From: Thermoprotei archaeon
GTDB lineage: Archaea > Thermoproteota > Thermoprotei > Thermofilales > Thermofilaceae
Direction of reading: 5' to 3'
Length of the DNA: 35,666 nucleotides
NCBI GenBank assembly: GCA_003649495.1
Contig: QMRZ01000001.1
Coordinates: forward strand, 1 to 35,666
The notes under the pieces were generated by a model. That model ran no database searches. It had not been told where the DNA came from and was given only the letters and a program-made list of their open reading frames with translations. The position numbers and the translations under genes are program-made. Below are positions 17,651 to 25,751 of this stretch, in pieces; within the stretch, counting starts at the first letter, position 1, and each line of letters starts with the position of its first letter.

Positions 17651-18690
17651 GCCTCCAGCACCTCTCTCCCAGTTCTCATGCCGTAGAGGCCCAGTATTCT
17701 GGCAAGGCTCTCCATGTCCCTATTGCTTATCACGACATCCCTATGGGCCTTGGCCATGAAGTAGGGGTAGCCTCCGACGCTGTACCTCGATAAGCATTTC
17801 AGGATTGACGGTAGGTCTTCTTTCCTCGTGGTCTCAAGCCTAAGCACGGGCCCTCCCCTCTCCAGCCTCACGTATGCCACAGTCAACTTCAGCCCCCGGA
17901 AGAACTCCCAGTAAGCGGGGAGGCTCCCCTTCAACCTAGCGAGGGCAACTTCCCCTCCGGGCGCATAGCCAGGACCTCGCGTATAATGCTCATAGAGCGC
18001 GACGTCAGGCAGGCCGCCCGCAAGCCCGTGTGCCTCGGACTGCTTAGCTATCGCCGCCACCTCTCCCTCCTGCTCCCTGAGCACCTCGTACATCAGGGTG
18101 AGGTACTCCAAGTACTCCACAGCCAATGCCTCCTCCCTCACTTCTCTTCTCTCCTCCACCATCTCCTCTACGATCTCCTTTGAAGCCACGCATAGCTCCC
18201 CTCTCTTAACGCTATCCAGAATGCGCTCATGTGCGCTTGTATCAAGGTACTTGATGTGGGCAGCGCCACCGTACTTCCACGGGCGTACTAGCATGCTGAT
18301 GAGAGAGCCGTCTAGTACAACTACACAACCCTTAAGGTCTCTCAGGGCCTTAAGCGCGAGCCGTAGCTCAAGAATGCTCATGTAGAGTCTAATTCGCTCC
18401 TCGGGCAACCAGTACGGAATTAATATGTCCACATCAGCGGCTCTTCTACACACCTCTACCCTGCCGTGCCTAGCTAGGACGCTCTCAGCGGCAACCGCAT
18501 ACAGCGCGTAGCCCCTATACAGTATCATGTTTCGGCTGCCATCTACGCCTACGAAAAGATAATCATTGTTGTCCACATCGTTGAATGAATGCCACGTTAT
18601 CCCCGGTGGTGACCTGTCTCTCAGCCTCCTCATCTTAGCTAGCAGCTCCTCCCTTCTCCTCAGCGCTGTGTCGACAACCTCAACCAACAT
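17635..18690 (-). CDS. nurA: NurA 5'-3' nuclease
   Basis: 351 aa. FVGVDGS is a motif-I-type catalytic Asp. Size and operon context with herA fit NurA. Confidence 0.85.
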   Translation of the reverse strand: MLVEVVDTALRRREELLAKMRRLRDRSPPGITWHSFNDVDNNDYLFVGVDGSRNMILYRGYALYAVAAESVLARHGRVEVCRRAADVDILIPYWLPEERIRLYMSILELRLALKALRDLKGCVVVLDGSLISMLVRPWKYGGAAHIKYLDTSAHERILDSVKRGELCVASKEIVEEMVEERREVREEALAVEYLEYLTLMYEVLREQEGEVAAIAKQSEAHGLAGGLPDVALYEHYTRGPGYAPGGEVALARLKGSLPAYWEFFRGLKLTVAYVRLERGGPVLRLETTRKEDLPSILKCLSRYSVGGYPYFMAKAHRDVVISNRDMESLARILGLYGMRTGREVLEAWGGR

Positions 18691-18757
18691 CCTAAGGGAT
18701 TGGGGGCTTCCATGATTTTACTGAAACGCTGAGAGCTCAGTGAAAGTTAAGGAGCAA

Positions 18758-19621
18758 TTAAGCGCTAGAGCGCGGGCCGTCGCCCTCTAGCCCTAGCTCC
18801 TCAGCGAGCCCCAATTTCCTCGCAGCTTCCTCTATCGCCCTCTGCCTCTCCTTCAATGCCATGGCTTTGCTAGCCTCGTAGTCCTCCTTCAGAGCCTCCA
18901 GCAGCTCCCTCCGCACTTGCTCTGGTGCACCCTCGAGTATCTCCTTCGCCCTCTCCACCTTACCCTCGTGTATCAGGTCTAGGAAGAAGTTCTTCAGAGG
19001 CGCTGTCCTTATCCTATCCCCCTCGAGTATCAGGACAAAGCCAGTCTCGTAGTCTACCTCCACTTTAACCACTCTCTCTCGCCGCTTTTTCAGCTCCTCG
19101 AGTGCATCTCTCGAGATCACTTTCTCCAGGCCATACACCGATGCAGCCTTCTCGACTTTCTCTAAGGCCTTCCTGCCCATGCTATATATTTCAACCAAGT
19201 CGCTTAACTTGAGGGGGAGCTCATATGTTCTGCCCCCAACTACTATAGTGGCCTTAAGGCCCTTCACGTTATCTGTCGGCATCCTCACATCTAGGAAGCC
19301 GTCGAAGGTGAAGATGGGCACGACCTCGCTCACCCCATCCGGAAAGACTATTTTTGCCCCCTCATCCCATAGCCGCGCGCTAGCTTCGCCGAGTATGAGG
19401 TGGCGCCCGCTCTCGAAGACTGGCGCGTTTACTTGGGGTGCTAGTAGCTCAGCTACTCCCTCGACACTCCCCTCCACCTCGTAAACCCTAAACTTCACCC
19501 ATCCCCTCCCAGTCTTTATCTCTATAGTGCCGATGACCTTTTTAGGAAAGAGGCCCGCACCCCTTATAGCTTCTCTGGCCTCCTCCTCACTGACCTCCTC
19601 AGCTACGCCTATCCACGGCAT
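18758..19621 (-). CDS. hypothetical protein, 287 aa, immediately upstream of nurA
   Basis: The ORF looks like a real protein, with a beta-rich N-terminal half and a charged helical C-terminal half. There is a 67-nt gap to nurA on the same strand. No motif recognised. Confidence 0.6.
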   Translation of the reverse strand: MPWIGVAEEVSEEEAREAIRGAGLFPKKVIGTIEIKTGRGWVKFRVYEVEGSVEGVAELLAPQVNAPVFESGRHLILGEASARLWDEGAKIVFPDGVSEVVPIFTFDGFLDVRMPTDNVKGLKATIVVGGRTYELPLKLSDLVEIYSMGRKALEKVEKAASVYGLEKVISRDALEELKKRRERVVKVEVDYETGFVLILEGDRIRTAPLKNFFLDLIHEGKVERAKEILEGAPEQVRRELLEALKEDYEASKAMALKERQRAIEEAARKLGLAEELGLEGDGPRSSA

Positions 19622-19859
19622 GCCTCGTCCACATGGGCGGCCTCGCTTACTTAAGCGTGACTGAGGAGCAACTTACGCGCAGAGCGGTTTCATAAACCAT
19701 AGCTTAGCTACTCTAAGGATCTCACTGGATGCGTAACACGTGAAACATGTCATGCCCTTTAAGCTCCATATACTTGCTAACCTCTTTCCCTAGCTCTAGC
19801 AAACACGTGCAAGCAGGCTAAGAAATCAATGCTTTTGAGTAAGTCGTAGGGTATCTCAA

Positions 19860-20945
19860 GTGGGCGGCTTAATGGAGTTGAAGGAGGTTACGAGGTGGAA
19901 GACGGTCAGAGAGTCTCCCCTCTACGATAAGGTGGGTAGGGGGAAGGTTAGGTGTAGGGTATGCGAGAGGAGGTGTGTACTGGGGGAGGGGGAGAGGGGC
20001 TTCTGTAAGACTAGGGTGAACCTAGGGGGCCGCCTGTACACCCTCGTCTACGGCGATCTCTCAGCGCTTGAGTCTAGGCCCATAGAGATAAAGCCCTTCT
20101 TCCACTTCTGGCCCGGCTCTACGGCGCTGACATTCAGCACGTGGAGCTGCAACTTCACATGCCCTTGGTGCCAGAACTGGCACTTGTCCAGGGCAGAGCC
20201 GGACCCCGCTAAGGCGAACTATGTGCCTCCTGACCGGGTGGTAGAGATTGCGGCGGAGAGGGATGAGGGGGTGTGCGTATCTTTTAACGAGCCCCTAATG
20301 CTGTTCGAGTACAGCTTAGACGTATTCAAGCTCGCCAGGTCGAAGGGGCTGTACTGTACATACGTGAGCAACGGGTACATGACGCTAGATGCTCTAAAGA
20401 TGCTTCATGAGGCTGGCCTAGATGGTCTGAAGGTGGATGTTAAGGGGGGCAGGGAGGAATACCTCAGGTACAATAGGGCGAACGTAGATGTTGTGTGGAG
20501 GAATGCGAGGGAGGCTATGAGGATGGGCATGCACGTAGAGGTGGTGTACCTAGTGGTGACGGGGGCTACTGATGGTGAGGACACTATAATCGACTGCATC
20601 GAGAGACACCTCAAGGAGCTGGGCCCTGATGTTCCCTTGCACTTCACTCGATACTTCCCCGCGTTCGAGTACCATGAGCCGCCAACTCCTGTGGAGAAGC
20701 TTGAGTGGGCCTATGAGCAGGCCAGGAGAATGGGGGTTAGGTTCCCCTATATAGGGAATGTGCCTGGGCACCGTTACGAGAATACTTATTGCCCTGAGTG
20801 TGGTGAGCTCCTAATACGGCGCTACGGCCCTTACGTGCTGAGGTATAAGATGAAGGGAAATAAGTGTCCTAAATGCGGCACGGAAATACCCATTAGGGGG
20901 AGGTATGTCAGAAAGGGCTTCTTTGGACTGCTTAGCCGCCTCTAA
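19860..20945 (+). CDS. radical SAM enzyme, AmmeMemoRadiSam / PflA-like activase type
   Basis: CNFTCPWCQNW is a CxxxCxxC cluster. There is an N-terminal CRVCERRC...FC and a C-terminal CPECG...CPKCG zinc-ribbon-like pair. An ATG at 19872 is an alternative start. Confidence 0.85.
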   Translation: MGGLMELKEVTRWKTVRESPLYDKVGRGKVRCRVCERRCVLGEGERGFCKTRVNLGGRLYTLVYGDLSALESRPIEIKPFFHFWPGSTALTFSTWSCNFTCPWCQNWHLSRAEPDPAKANYVPPDRVVEIAAERDEGVCVSFNEPLMLFEYSLDVFKLARSKGLYCTYVSNGYMTLDALKMLHEAGLDGLKVDVKGGREEYLRYNRANVDVVWRNAREAMRMGMHVEVVYLVVTGATDGEDTIIDCIERHLKELGPDVPLHFTRYFPAFEYHEPPTPVEKLEWAYEQARRMGVRFPYIGNVPGHRYENTYCPECGELLIRRYGPYVLRYKMKGNKCPKCGTEIPIRGRYVRKGFFGLLSRL

Positions 20946-20951
20946 GCCAGG

Positions 20952-21455
20952 CTACATCATCATACTCAGGTAGAGCCGACTCTTCGAGTCGAGCTTCTCT
21001 GGGTCCTCGACCATGTAAACGCGGCCGTCGGCGTCTCTTATTAGGAGCCTCCCATCCCTTAGCAGGCGTATGCACCTGCTCCAAGTGTAGAAGGTGACTG
21101 GCCCCTTATCCGTCACTACCCTCCACTCGTACTTGCCCTTGGCGCTGCGCACACCTAGTATCTTCTTAACCCTAGGCATGAAGTATATGATCCTTAGCAC
21201 TCTCTCGAGGAGTTCCCGAGACCTCGGGTCAAGCTTCCTGTAGTCTCTGAGCATTCCTAGCTCCTCCTCATCCCTGTAAAATATCACTATTTCAGGGTAT
21301 GAGTAGGGGAAGGGGCGCCTCGGCCGCACTCCACAGTACACTCGCCCCTCTATCTCTACGTCCACCTCATCTAGCCTGGCCTCTAACACGCGGACATGCC
21401 TGGGATCGAGCATCTTAAGCTCCCTTAGGATATTATCAGCGTGCATACCCCTCAC
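20952..21455 (-). CDS. DUF1854-like protein (ABC-exporter-associated)
   Basis: 167 aa. The pattern RRPFPYSYPEIVIFYRDEEELGMLRDYRKLDPRSRELLERVLRIIYFMPRVKKI...WRVVTDKGPVTF...LIRDADGRVYMVEDPEKLDSKSR matches my recollection of DUF1854. Overlaps the ABC gene by 20 nt. Confidence 0.6.
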   Translation of the reverse strand: MRGMHADNILRELKMLDPRHVRVLEARLDEVDVEIEGRVYCGVRPRRPFPYSYPEIVIFYRDEEELGMLRDYRKLDPRSRELLERVLRIIYFMPRVKKILGVRSAKGKYEWRVVTDKGPVTFYTWSRCIRLLRDGRLLIRDADGRVYMVEDPEKLDSKSRLYLSMMM

Positions 21456-23718
21456 TCACCGCGGCGGCACTCATCCTGGTGAGTCCCTTGAGCTGAGCTT
21501 CCCAGAGCTTCTTATACAGACCGCCGCGTCTGAGCAGCTCCTCGTGGGCCCCCTCCTCCACGATCTTCCCCTCATCCATCACGACGACTCTGTCGACAAA
21601 CCTTAACGTGGATAGCCTGTGGGCTATTATTATCGTGGTCCTCCCCTTCGTGAGGCGCTCAAGCTCTTCCGTTACCTCCTCCTCAGTCAGCGCGTCAAGG
21701 GCGGCGGTTGGCTCGTCTAGTATGAGTATCTTCGGGTTCTTTAGTAGGGCTGCTGCTAGGGCTACTCTAGCTCTCTCACCTCCAGACAGCCTGGAACCTC
21801 TCGAGCCCACCTCAGTATCATAAGCCTCAGGCAGCCTCATGATGAAGCTGTGAGCCCTCGCGGCTTTAGCGGCCGCTATTACCTCCTCAGGGCTAGCATC
21901 CTCCCTGCCGAGCATTATGTTCTCAGCTATGGTGGTGTCCAGCAATATCGGGTTCTGGAGCACAATAGCCACCTGCCTTTTCAGAGAAGAACTCTTAATC
22001 TCCCTAACGTCCACGCCATCATACCTGATTGTGCCGACCTGAGGCTCGTATAGGTGCAACAGCAACTTGACCAGCGTCGTCTTACCGGATCCGCTGGGGC
22101 CCACGAGGCCTATCCGCTCCCCAGCCCTTATCCTCAGGTTCACTCCCTTAAGCGCGTAGTGAACCCCGTCATACGTAAACCACAGGTTCTCGCACTCCAC
22201 CTCCCCTCCCAGCTCCAAGTCCCTGGCGTGTGGCCGCTCCTCAACCTCAGGCTCCAGATCTAACACCTCGAATATCCTGTTAGCAGCTACGGCGGCGCGC
22301 TGCAGGCTCTTGACATTCTCGAGCAGGCTGAACACTGGTGTGTAGAACATCCACATGTAGCTGGTGAAAGCCATGAGGGAGCCGAGGCTCATGGCACCGC
22401 TAAGCACCTGGAGCCCGCCCATCCACCAGACCAGGATGTTGCTGGCTGTGAAGGCGAGGCCGACGGCTGGCCATATCTCCTGCTCAAACTTGAAAACGTC
22501 CATCTGTGCTCTCTCGTACTCCTCAAGGCTCTCGGAGAACTTCTCTCTGAACGTGGGCTCCTTGCCGAAGCTCTTGACTAATATGGCGGCATTGATGGCG
22601 TCTGACACTATCGACACTATTCTCGACCATCTCCTCCAAAGCCTGTGGTAATACCTGGCAGCGAGCCTCCTGTAAATCGCGCTACCCAGGATCGCGATGG
22701 GGATGGGGAGCAGGGCTATGGCGGTCAGCCAGGGGTTCAAGGTTACAAGCGTAGCGCCTATGAAGGCTATCATGGCGGCGTTTATGAAGATCATGTTAAA
22801 CGACCCAGTCATGAACCACTGTATTCTATTGACATCGTCTATTACCCTCGAGAACAGGCTGCCGCTCGTGAACCTGTCGTAATGTGAGAGGGACAGCTCC
22901 TGGAGCTTAGAGAAGACCTTGTACCTGAGCCTATTGGCCACAGCCACGTTCAGCTTGGTGCTCAAGTAGCCATTGAGGGTTCCCAGGGCTGTGTTAACTA
23001 GGTTCACCGCGAGGAGGCTGAGCGCTATCTGGGCGAGCTTCTCGACGTGAGCACGAGTCGTCAACACCTCATCAACTAGTATTTTCATCAGGTAGGGTGG
23101 GATCAGGTTTACGAGCCGCATGGCCACCGCCACGACTATGGTCGCGGCGAGCAGCGGCGCTATGGGCTTCAGGAGCCCTAACAGCCTTAACAGCACAGCC
23201 TTCGAACTCTTCCTCTCAGCCTCTGCCTTAACCCTCTTCAAGAGTTGACGCTTGAGGAGGCTGTAGGGGATCTTCCCGACTACTAAGTTGTTTATGAGGC
23301 TAACCAGATTCTCGAATGCCTTCAGCCTAGCCTTAGTGAATACCACGACGCTCTTAGGCCCCTCATCAGTGTCCAGAGCCATTACGCAGGTGTTGATGTA
23401 GCTACGGAGCGAGGCCATCGTGATCTTAGAGAGGGGGACTTCATACTCCAGCCTTTCATTTAAGACTAGTAGCCTTTTATTCGTCAGAACAACGTGCTTC
23501 TCGCCGTACTCATCGCCTACTAGGTCGGACCGGGCTACCGCTACTACCTCCTCGCCCTCCTCCAGTAGCTCCCTGAGGGGGGGTGGAAGCTCGCCACTGG
23601 AGGGGTATAGCTTAATGCCGTCATCATCCTCGTCACCACCCATACCCACCCCCCGGGTGTCGGGGACTGTGAGGCTCCTCCTATTTAAAGCTTCCGTGCG
23701 AGTTAGAGCGGTAGCCAC
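21436..23718 (-). CDS. fused ABC exporter (6-TM permease plus ATPase, ABCB/MsbA type) with an extra N-terminal soluble domain
   Basis: Walker A GPSGSGKTT, signature LSGGERARV, Walker B ILILDEPT, H-loop IIIAHRL. About 170 N-terminal residues look like a PH/bPH-type domain. The true start is probably the ATG at 23643 (MGGDEDDDG), because a TATA-like box lies inside the longest ORF. Confidence 0.9.
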   Translation of the reverse strand: MATALTRTEALNRRSLTVPDTRGVGMGGDEDDDGIKLYPSSGELPPPLRELLEEGEEVVAVARSDLVGDEYGEKHVVLTNKRLLVLNERLEYEVPLSKITMASLRSYINTCVMALDTDEGPKSVVVFTKARLKAFENLVSLINNLVVGKIPYSLLKRQLLKRVKAEAERKSSKAVLLRLLGLLKPIAPLLAATIVVAVAMRLVNLIPPYLMKILVDEVLTTRAHVEKLAQIALSLLAVNLVNTALGTLNGYLSTKLNVAVANRLRYKVFSKLQELSLSHYDRFTSGSLFSRVIDDVNRIQWFMTGSFNMIFINAAMIAFIGATLVTLNPWLTAIALLPIPIAILGSAIYRRLAARYYHRLWRRWSRIVSIVSDAINAAILVKSFGKEPTFREKFSESLEEYERAQMDVFKFEQEIWPAVGLAFTASNILVWWMGGLQVLSGAMSLGSLMAFTSYMWMFYTPVFSLLENVKSLQRAAVAANRIFEVLDLEPEVEERPHARDLELGGEVECENLWFTYDGVHYALKGVNLRIRAGERIGLVGPSGSGKTTLVKLLLHLYEPQVGTIRYDGVDVREIKSSSLKRQVAIVLQNPILLDTTIAENIMLGREDASPEEVIAAAKAARAHSFIMRLPEAYDTEVGSRGSRLSGGERARVALAAALLKNPKILILDEPTAALDALTEEEVTEELERLTKGRTTIIIAHRLSTLRFVDRVVVMDEGKIVEEGAHEELLRRGGLYKKLWEAQLKGLTRMSAAAVSEGYAR
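23682..23689 (-). promoter_or_regulatory. TATA-like box for the ABC / DUF1854 operon
   Basis: The minus strand reads TTTAAATA, about 43 nt upstream of the ATG at 23643. Confidence 0.35.
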
Positions 23719-23802
23719 TTAAAGGCGCGTGCGTAAGTATGCTGGCCGATGAAGAGCCATTGCAGCGCGGAGTGAGTGAAGAAAAGGTTTCCGGCCTGAG
23801 GC

Positions 23803-24765
23803 TCACTTAGCGTCCTCGACCCCCCTGTCAGTTATCAGGAACTTGGCGGAGGCGCCTCTCGCTATCCTTGGGGAGTCGATGCACTCTATCACCCAGGAGT
23901 CGCCACTCCTCCTCAGCAGAAACCTGTGAGTTGAGGCGTGAGCTATTATGTTCCCACCTGCGGGTAGCTTCAGTGCAGCGCCCCACGGCACGGGTTGAGT
24001 TAGGACCTGGTTGGTTATCGCTACAGCCATGTTGTAGCGCCTTGCATATCTCTTCAGCCAGTCCAGCAGGTAGTTAATCCTCTGCTGCCTCGCCGCTAGC
24101 ATCTCACGGCCCTTGAACTCTGCCCTGTACAGCGCTATGATCGAGTCTACTATGAGCAGCCTAGCGCCCTCCCTGATAATGCGGGGGAACTCCTCTATCA
24201 CTATCTCCTCCAGCTCATCTACGTTTAACGGCCTCACGACATAGACGTTCTCCAGAGGGTTCTCTACTCCAAACCTCTTGGCCATCGCCTCTATCCTGCT
24301 TGGGCTGAAGGTCCCCTCAGTATCTATGAACACGGCTCCTCCCCCCAGCCCACCCTTGCCAGGGGGCAGCTGGACAGTCACGGCGAGCTGGTGGCAGAGC
24401 TGTGTCTTGCCGCTGCCAAACTCGCCCGCAAACTCGTAGACATCCCACACGTACATGCCGCCACCTAATAGCTCGTCGATCGCCCTAACCCCTGTCGTAA
24501 ACATGTCGCGTGTATCCAGCATCTTGGCGTACTCAGTGCCCCTAAACGCGCGCCTGGCGCCCTCACGGCTTCGCACAAGCCTGCGCGCGGCCCTGACGAT
24601 GAGCATGGCCTTCTCAACATCAATCCCGGCTCTGTCCGCTAACTCCTCCGGGTTGAAGAGCGCTATGTCCTCGACGTACTCAGCCACTCTAGCTACCTTC
24701 TCGAGGGTCAGCTTGCCTACCCCGCTCACCTTCCACTCTCTAACAGGCGTTAACTCTTCGCTCAT
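23803..24765 (-). CDS. radA: RadA recombinase (Rad51/RecA homologue)
   Basis: 320 aa. N-terminal HhH-like domain, Walker A EFAGEFGSGKTQLCHQL, Walker B LLIVDSIIALYR, and NQV...GGNIIAHAST. Confidence 0.95.
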   Translation of the reverse strand: MSEELTPVREWKVSGVGKLTLEKVARVAEYVEDIALFNPEELADRAGIDVEKAMLIVRAARRLVRSREGARRAFRGTEYAKMLDTRDMFTTGVRAIDELLGGGMYVWDVYEFAGEFGSGKTQLCHQLAVTVQLPPGKGGLGGGAVFIDTEGTFSPSRIEAMAKRFGVENPLENVYVVRPLNVDELEEIVIEEFPRIIREGARLLIVDSIIALYRAEFKGREMLAARQQRINYLLDWLKRYARRYNMAVAITNQVLTQPVPWGAALKLPAGGNIIAHASTHRFLLRRSGDSWVIECIDSPRIARGASAKFLITDRGVEDAK

Positions 24766-25328
24766 CTTACCACCACGGGCTGGCCATCAACTAGTAGTAG
24801 CGAGACCCCCTTCTTGTCGTAAACTCTTAATATCGTGTGTAGCCAGCTCCACATGCCTAGTAGCTTAGCCGCGCCCGTGACTACAAAGGGAACTCTATAG
24901 ACGCTGGCAACTCTCTCCATTATGTCGAGCGCATAAAGAATACCTTCATCCACGTGCCTGGTGAACCTCTCATCGAGCTCTTCTACAAGTACTGGAGCTC
25001 TCTCAGCCTCTAATCGCCTGGGCAACTCGACTAATAGGTCCCAGAGGAACTCCTCATCTAAGCGGGCTCTAGGCTTGATAGGCTCTGGCGATAACTCGAA
25101 CTCTACCCCCGACGCTAGCGTGAGGCCGGGTGATATGAGGAGCCTACCGCCAGGATAGCTGAGCTCAGCGTAGAGGGGGTGTAAGAGGATTATGTGGCTT
25201 TCAGCCATCGTTAAGAGCTGTGTCGCTCTCTCAGCTCCCACCCACTGCTCTAGCTCCTCACGCCTCAGGCACTTTAAGTGGGTCAGCGACATCAGCAGCC
25301 TGCCCACCTGTAGGTACTTCGGCCTCAT
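24762..25328 (-). CDS. hypothetical protein, candidate degenerate RecA/KaiC-fold paralogue lacking the P-loop lysine
   Basis: 188 aa. GGRLLISPGLTLASGV sits where RadA/RadB/KaiC proteins carry G..G.ihG.pGsGKT. It is followed by a Walker-B-like APVLVEELDERF and a strand VPFVVTG. ATGA overlaps occur at both ends. Confidence 0.5.
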   Translation of the reverse strand: MRPKYLQVGRLLMSLTHLKCLRREELEQWVGAERATQLLTMAESHIILLHPLYAELSYPGGRLLISPGLTLASGVEFELSPEPIKPRARLDEEFLWDLLVELPRRLEAERAPVLVEELDERFTRHVDEGILYALDIMERVASVYRVPFVVTGAAKLLGMWSWLHTILRVYDKKGVSLLLVDGQPVVVR

Positions 25329-25693
25329 GCCCTCCCCCTCTCTCCTATCACTTTAAGCCAAGGGTTGCCGACTAGCCACTCGGGCAAGCCTCCCGCTTCC
25401 AGCTTGATGCGTTGAGGCTGGCTGACCTTAGCCTCGACAGGCTCCTCTCTCTCCTTGCCTAGCCTCAGCTCCCATAGCGCCTCAAGGAGCTTCCCGTAGA
25501 CGCGCTGCCCTTTAGCCGTTAGCCTGACAACCTTCAGCCTCCCATACTCCTCCACCTTAACAAGCCCCAACGCCTCTAGCTGAGAGACTACACTCTTAGC
25601 TCTCCTAGAATTCCTGTTGATATCGGATATCTTGACTCCATCGCCTATCCTGTACACCCAGTACAGCACGTTAAATTCGTTGAACTTTCTCAC
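25325..25693 (-). CDS. winged-helix (MarR/TrmB-like) DNA-binding protein
   Basis: 122 aa. ISDINRNSRRAKSVVSQLEALGLVKVEEYGRLKVVRLTAKGQRVY is a wHTH with a wing. GTG start. Confidence 0.6.
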   Translation of the reverse strand: MRKFNEFNVLYWVYRIGDGVKISDINRNSRRAKSVVSQLEALGLVKVEEYGRLKVVRLTAKGQRVYGKLLEALWELRLGKEREEPVEAKVSQPQRIKLEAGGLPEWLVGNPWLKVIGERGRA

Positions 25694-25711
25694 ATGAACA
25701 CCTTGTTCCAG

Positions 25712-25721
25712 AAATATTTAA
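25712..25721 (-). promoter_or_regulatory. TATA-like box for the wHTH / paralogue / radA unit (leaderless spacing)
   Basis: The minus strand reads TTAAATATTT, centred about 23 nt upstream of the GTG at 25693. Confidence 0.45.
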
Positions 25722-25751
25722 GCATGTCACATACCTGCAATATATCGTATT

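Noticed and set aside
16151-18690. HerA-NurA as a stand-alone defence or conflict module
   Set aside because: The two genes are overlapped in one operon with Mre11 and Rad50. This is the canonical archaeal DNA end-resection machinery.
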